This document shows positions 15,405 to 16,518 of a stretch of 16,518 nucleotides of DNA, one piece after another. The DNA is taken from the NCBI GenBank assembly GCA_014728035.1, contig WJMJ01000011.1, positions 1 to 16,518 of the forward strand, written 5' to 3'. A program made the position numbers and the translations under genes. The stretch comes from Promethearchaeota archaeon. GTDB lineage: Archaea; Asgardarchaeota; Thorarchaeia; Thorarchaeales; Thorarchaeaceae. The notes beneath the pieces are model-generated. The model ran no database searches, was not told where the DNA came from, and saw only the letters and a program-made list of their open reading frames with translations. Positions within the stretch are counted from its first letter, which is position 1, and each line of letters begins with the position of its first letter.

Positions 15405-16091
15405 CTACGGTCTTTTCAGAATATAAGACCCATCTTTCGTTCCGATATGTACCTCATCAGTCATTCCAACAAACAATCCAGTTTCCACAACACCAGGAAT
15501 CATTTTTAGATCTATGGCGACTTGATGGGGATTATCAATAGGATTGGAAAACTTCAAGTCAAGAAGAAAGTTACCATTATCCGTGACAACAGGGCCCATC
15601 TTCCTTGTTGCTTCTCTCACACTTGGTTCGATTCCCATAGCCTTAATTTTTCGAAGAACTACACCCATTGCAAATGGAAGCACTTCAATTGGAACTTCGA
15701 AACGAGTTGCAAGTCTATCAACAAGCTTGGACTCATCAGCTATAATAACCAGTTTTTCAGATGCAGAAGCAACAATTTTCTCCTGAAATAGGGCACCACC
15801 CCCACCTTTTGTCAAATTAAGGTTTTCATCAACTTCATCTGCACCGTCAACAGTAAGTACTAGTTGTGGATGCAAATCCAGATTTGTGAGGGGAATCTGA
15901 TATTGTACTGCTAGTTGATATGCTTGATAGGAGCTTGGCACTACGGAGATAGCAAGTTCTTCATCATTTACTCTTCGACCTAATTCTTTGGCAAAAATTG
16001 CAACAGTCGAACCGCTTCCGAGACCTAACGCACCATGATCAGGAATCAGGGCAACAGCACTTTTTGCAGCATTTAGTTTCGCATTGGGCAT
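15405..16091 (-). CDS. rpiA: Ribose-5-phosphate isomerase A
   Basis: GLGSGST, DGADEVD, KGGGGAL..EKIV, TDNGN, PGVVETGLF. Confidence 0.97.
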   Translation of the reverse strand: MPNAKLNAAKSAVALIPDHGALGLGSGSTVAIFAKELGRRVNDEELAISVVPSSYQAYQLAVQYQIPLTNLDLHPQLVLTVDGADEVDENLNLTKGGGGALFQEKIVASASEKLVIIADESKLVDRLATRFEVPIEVLPFAMGVVLRKIKAMGIEPSVREATRKMGPVVTDNGNFLLDLKFSNPIDNPHQVAIDLKMIPGVVETGLFVGMTDEVHIGTKDGSYILKRP

Positions 16092-16164
16092 AAGCTACAT
16101 CCTCTCAACAAGAAAGAAATGTAGAAGCAAAAAATGTTTCGAGAAAGGATTATGGGGAGACCGC

Positions 16165-16518
16165 CTAGTCTCCACTCATCAGTGCTTTGAGACGTTCCAT
16201 TTCTGCAAGCATCTCTGACTGTAGCGAGCTCTTCCCACCAGGTTTTGGCCCACCACTGGGACTGCTACCACCAGGAGGTCCACTACTCGGGGTACCTCCA
16301 CCAGGAGGTCCACCACCAGGACTACTTCCACCAGGAGGCCCGCCACTGGGACTACTTCCACCAGGAGGTCCACTACTCGGGGTACCTCCGCCAGGAGGCC
16401 CACCACTGGGTTTACCTCCGCCAGGAGGCCCACCACCAGGAGGCCCACCACCGGGGCTGCTCCCACCAGGAGGTCCGCCACTGGGTTTACCTCCACCAGG
16501 AGGCCCACCACCAGGAGG
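16165..16518 (-). CDS. C-terminal part of a Gly/Pro/Ser-rich repeat protein ending in an amphipathic helix (partial; not in the ORF track)
   Basis: Frame open from the window edge to TAG 16167-16165: PPGGGPPGGGKPSGGPPGGSSP...GGPKPGGKSSLQSEMLAEMERLKALMSGD*; many repeat differences are synonymous Gly codon changes in this frame. Confidence 0.8.
   Translation of the reverse strand, partial: PPGGGPPGGGKPSGGPPGGSSPGGGPPGGGPPGGGKPSGGPPGGGTPSSGPPGGSSPSGGPPGGSSPGGGPPGGGTPSSGPPGGSSPSGGPKPGGKSSLQSEMLAEMERLKALMSGD
16248..16518. repeat. Coding tandem repeat with 15/30-nt units (CCACCAGGAGG core)
   Basis: CCAGGAGG recurs at 15- or 30-nt spacing; a 32-nt block is identical at 16268-16299 and 16358-16389. 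Confidence 0.9.

Noticed and set aside
16179-16511. 110-aa Val/Leu-rich ORF from the track
   Set aside because: Shadow frame of the Gly/Pro repeat; the GGPPGG frame explains the codon variation and has a sensible non-repetitive C-terminus
16248-16518. Possible CRISPR array
   Set aside because: Units are contiguous degenerate multiples of 3 nt with no unique spacers, and there are no cas genes

Overview
Archaeal chromosomal segment, probably from an Asgard (Thorarchaeia-like) genome. The archaeal call rests on a BHB-type tRNA intron, EndA and a PINA-type ATPase; the Asgard call is inference from the 24-aa 'IDLxPL' LRR protein and a Gly/Pro-rich protein. Left to right: CPBP/CAAX protease (partial), SagB/ThcOx-type nitroreductase, tandem GNAT, and a solitary Zn-ribbon DUF1156/COG1743-type DNA methyltransferase with a probable CTG start. 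Next is a minus-strand cluster of atypical kinase > membrane-anchored metallophosphoesterase fused to a Cys-less sulfite-oxidase/molybdopterin-binding-like domain > ECF S component fused to a second such domain > fused ECF AA' ATPase > EcfT. Then come a DUF6485-like Cys-rich protein, tRNA-Arg(UCG), an LRR protein, mtnA, hycI, an EndA subunit lacking the catalytic His, a PINA-type ATPase lacking PIN and KH domains, an intron-containing tRNA-Arg(CCU), rpiA, and the 3' end of a GGPPGG-repeat protein missed by the ORF track. The best candidate for an undescribed system is the kinase-phosphatase-ECF cluster. It looks like a 'dephosphorylate outside, import, rephosphorylate inside' cofactor-salvage pathway, possibly for molybdopterin/tungstopterin.
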